From Comamonadaceae bacterium (GTDB lineage Bacteria; Pseudomonadota; Gammaproteobacteria; Burkholderiales; Burkholderiaceae_C): DNA of 61,479 bases. Made by a program: the position numbers and the translations under genes. Position 1 is the first letter of the stretch. Each line of letters starts with the position of its first letter. The notes under the pieces are model-generated. The model made no database searches. It worked only from the letters and a program-made list of their open reading frames with translations, and had not been told where the DNA came from. Positions 60,597-61,479 of this stretch are shown here, one piece after another. The stretch covers positions 1 through 61,479 of the forward strand of contig JAHFQI010000002.1 of NCBI GenBank assembly GCA_023259355.1. The letters run 5' to 3'.

Positions 60597-60844
60597 GACG
60601 CGGATCCCTCCTGCGAACTGCGCTCGCCCAGCGGCGTCACTTCGATGCGCGCGCAGGGGTCGTTCGCTAGGTCGGCCGCGCCGTCTTGCGCGGCGAAGGC
60701 GTCGACAAAGGAATCGGTGAACTCGATCACCGAGCCATCGAGCTTTTCCACCCGGATGTGGAACAGGTTTCCGGGGGCCGCTTGCTCTGACCGGCAGAAC
60801 GAGACCTGCAGGCCACGGCCCATGTGGCGCGGTGCGAGGTTCAC
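60593..60844 (-). CDS. Hypothetical protein (83 aa)
   Basis: GTG 60844 in a GTGA overlap, with AGGAG 6 nt upstream. Confidence 0.5.
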   Translation of the reverse strand: MNLAPRHMGRGLQVSFCRSEQAAPGNLFHIRVEKLDGSVIEFTDSFVDAFAAQDGAADLANDPCARIEVTPLGERSSQEGSAS

Positions 60845-61077
60845 GAGGTTCTCCTGCAGGGCACGAAGCCGGGGTAGACGTCGCCCACCTGCGCGCTGTC
60901 GGCCCAAGCCTGGACGTCCGGGTCATCGGTATTGGCGGCAAGCAATTCGCTGTGCGTGACGGGCCTGCCGTCGACTTCAAAGGTGCGGGGGACGGTGGGT
61001 GCCGGCTCGAAGGGCTCAGCTCCTGCGACGGCCGCCGCGAGGGCGAAGTCCGCTGGTGAAAGTGGCCTGGTGTGCAT
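60841..61077 (-). CDS. Hypothetical protein (78 aa), first gene of the PL operon
   Basis: GAGGA lies 5 nt upstream of ATG 61077. The track start at 61143 would overlap the operator. Confidence 0.55.
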   Translation of the reverse strand: MHTRPLSPADFALAAAVAGAEPFEPAPTVPRTFEVDGRPVTHSELLAANTDDPDVQAWADSAQVGDVYPGFVPCRRTS

Positions 61078-61112
61078 AGGTTTCCTCTGCTGCCCTTTTT
61101 GTGGGCTCGGAG

Positions 61113-61156
61113 GCAGTTTAGTTGCAACTAAACCAATAGTCAAGCAAAGACTAAAC
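61113..61156 (-). promoter_or_regulatory. OL/PL: perfect 18-bp palindromic operator GTTTAGTTGCAACTAAAC (61116..61133), second operator (61139..61156), and PL (-35 TTGACT = plus 61138..61143; -10 TAAACT = plus 61115..61120)
   Basis: The minus-strand sequence GTTTAGTCTTTGCTTGACTATTGGTTTAGTTGCAACTAAACTG is nearly identical to PR 1710..1753. Confidence 0.7.
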
Positions 61157-61196
61157 TATTCCGGCATCATCGGGTTTGTCCCAATTCGGACAGGCA

Positions 61197-61222
61197 ACAA
61201 AAAGCCGCCTCAAGGGCGGCGG
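61197..61222 (-). terminator. Rho-independent terminator of the cI operon
   Basis: On the minus strand: GCCGCC-CTTGA-GGCGGC followed by TTTTTGTTG. Lies 47 nt after the junction-spanning ORF stop. Confidence 0.75.
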
Positions 61223-61268
61223 AAAGGTGGGGCGATTTACGCGATGGACGACGAATTCACAGGCCCGC

Positions 61269-61479
61269 TCAAGGCCGCGTTCGACCGCCTAGAAAAGGTG
61301 CGGCTGGAGTTGGCTTCGTGGCAAATCGCAAAAGCGTGTCTCGCAAGGCATTGTCGAGCTCCGGAGCCTGCATCGCCATTTGTTCGCCGACTACTTGGGT
61401 TGCCGCCAAGTACGCCAGAAACGCCTGATGGTCATACCCGGGTTGCGCCTGGAGCGCCTGAATTACCTGGGTCAGCGCC
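61269..61479 (-). CDS. 3-prime part of the junction-spanning 91-aa ORF (same gene as 1..185; 61360..61479 duplicates 1..120)
   Basis: Stop TGA at 61271-61269 (minus). The frame is continuous with 1..185. Confidence 0.55.
   Translation of the reverse strand, partial: ALTQVIQALQAQPGYDHQAFLAYLAATQVVGEQMAMQAPELDNALRDTLLRFATKPTPAAPFLGGRTRP
61360..61479. repeat. Terminal direct repeat copy 2
   Basis: Identical to 1..120. Confidence 0.95.

Larger units (their letters stand above)
1..61479. mobile_element. Complete temperate phage genome, circularly closed (unit 61,359 bp) with lambdoid regulation and a podovirus-like structural module
   Basis: The ends are identical over 120 bp. A full complement is present: repressor/cro, integrase plus attP, replication, terminase, portal, capsid, tail and lysis. 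No host genes are visible. Confidence 0.85.

Noticed and set aside
1-61479. Toxin, virulence, antibiotic-resistance, transposase or IS elements.
   Set aside because: No ORF showed motifs I could assign to these classes. The only recombinase recognised is the tyrosine integrase.

Overview
The window is one complete, circularly closed genome of a temperate, high-GC phage. Unit length is 61,359 bp; bases 1..120 are repeated exactly at 61360..61479. Gene content suggests a betaproteobacterial host, which is inference only.

Layout:
- Immunity region (61197..61479 wrapping to 1..1753): a leftward operon of cI-like S24 repressor, a secreted DUF4124-like protein and a small ORF that crosses the circular junction. 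It is flanked by two near-identical, inverted promoter-operator cassettes (PR and PL).
- Rightward early operon (1759..9450): cro-like gene, RHH protein, DPPY methyltransferase, O-like DUF1376/DnaT replication protein with iteron-like repeats inside it, P-like loader, RuvC-like resolvase and small coupled ORFs.
- Late operon (9491..46154): small and large terminase, portal, scaffold, N4-gp56-type major capsid, decoration protein, an SPRY plus FGTP-repeat fibre, tail and internal-virion proteins, a 4,762-codon polyvalent protein, and a lysis cassette with SAR endolysin.
- Lower-GC3 accessory island (46232..47506), then attP made of the 3-prime 48 nt of tRNA-Asn(GUU) plus its terminator (47564..47653).
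- Leftward early operon from PL (61077 down to 47773): small Cys-rich ORFs, RecT and YqaJ exonuclease, a C5 cytosine methyltransferase, DUF551, DUF3268, a J-domain protein, DUF5131 (Gp37/Gp68), ASCH, an HhH-GPD-like protein, DUF4224, a tyrosine integrase, and a terminal HEPN-like cargo gene.

Most notable observations:
1. A 114-codon +1-frame ORF sits inside the methyltransferase-helicase linker of the giant gene. There the third-position GC signal switches from the giant frame to the nested frame.
2. A 15-bp motif recurs at three late-module boundaries.
3. There are three cargo positions: the cI operon, the island beside attP, and the gene downstream of int. One cargo gene carries an Rx5H HEPN-like signature.

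All family names come from motif recognition by eye. No searches were run.
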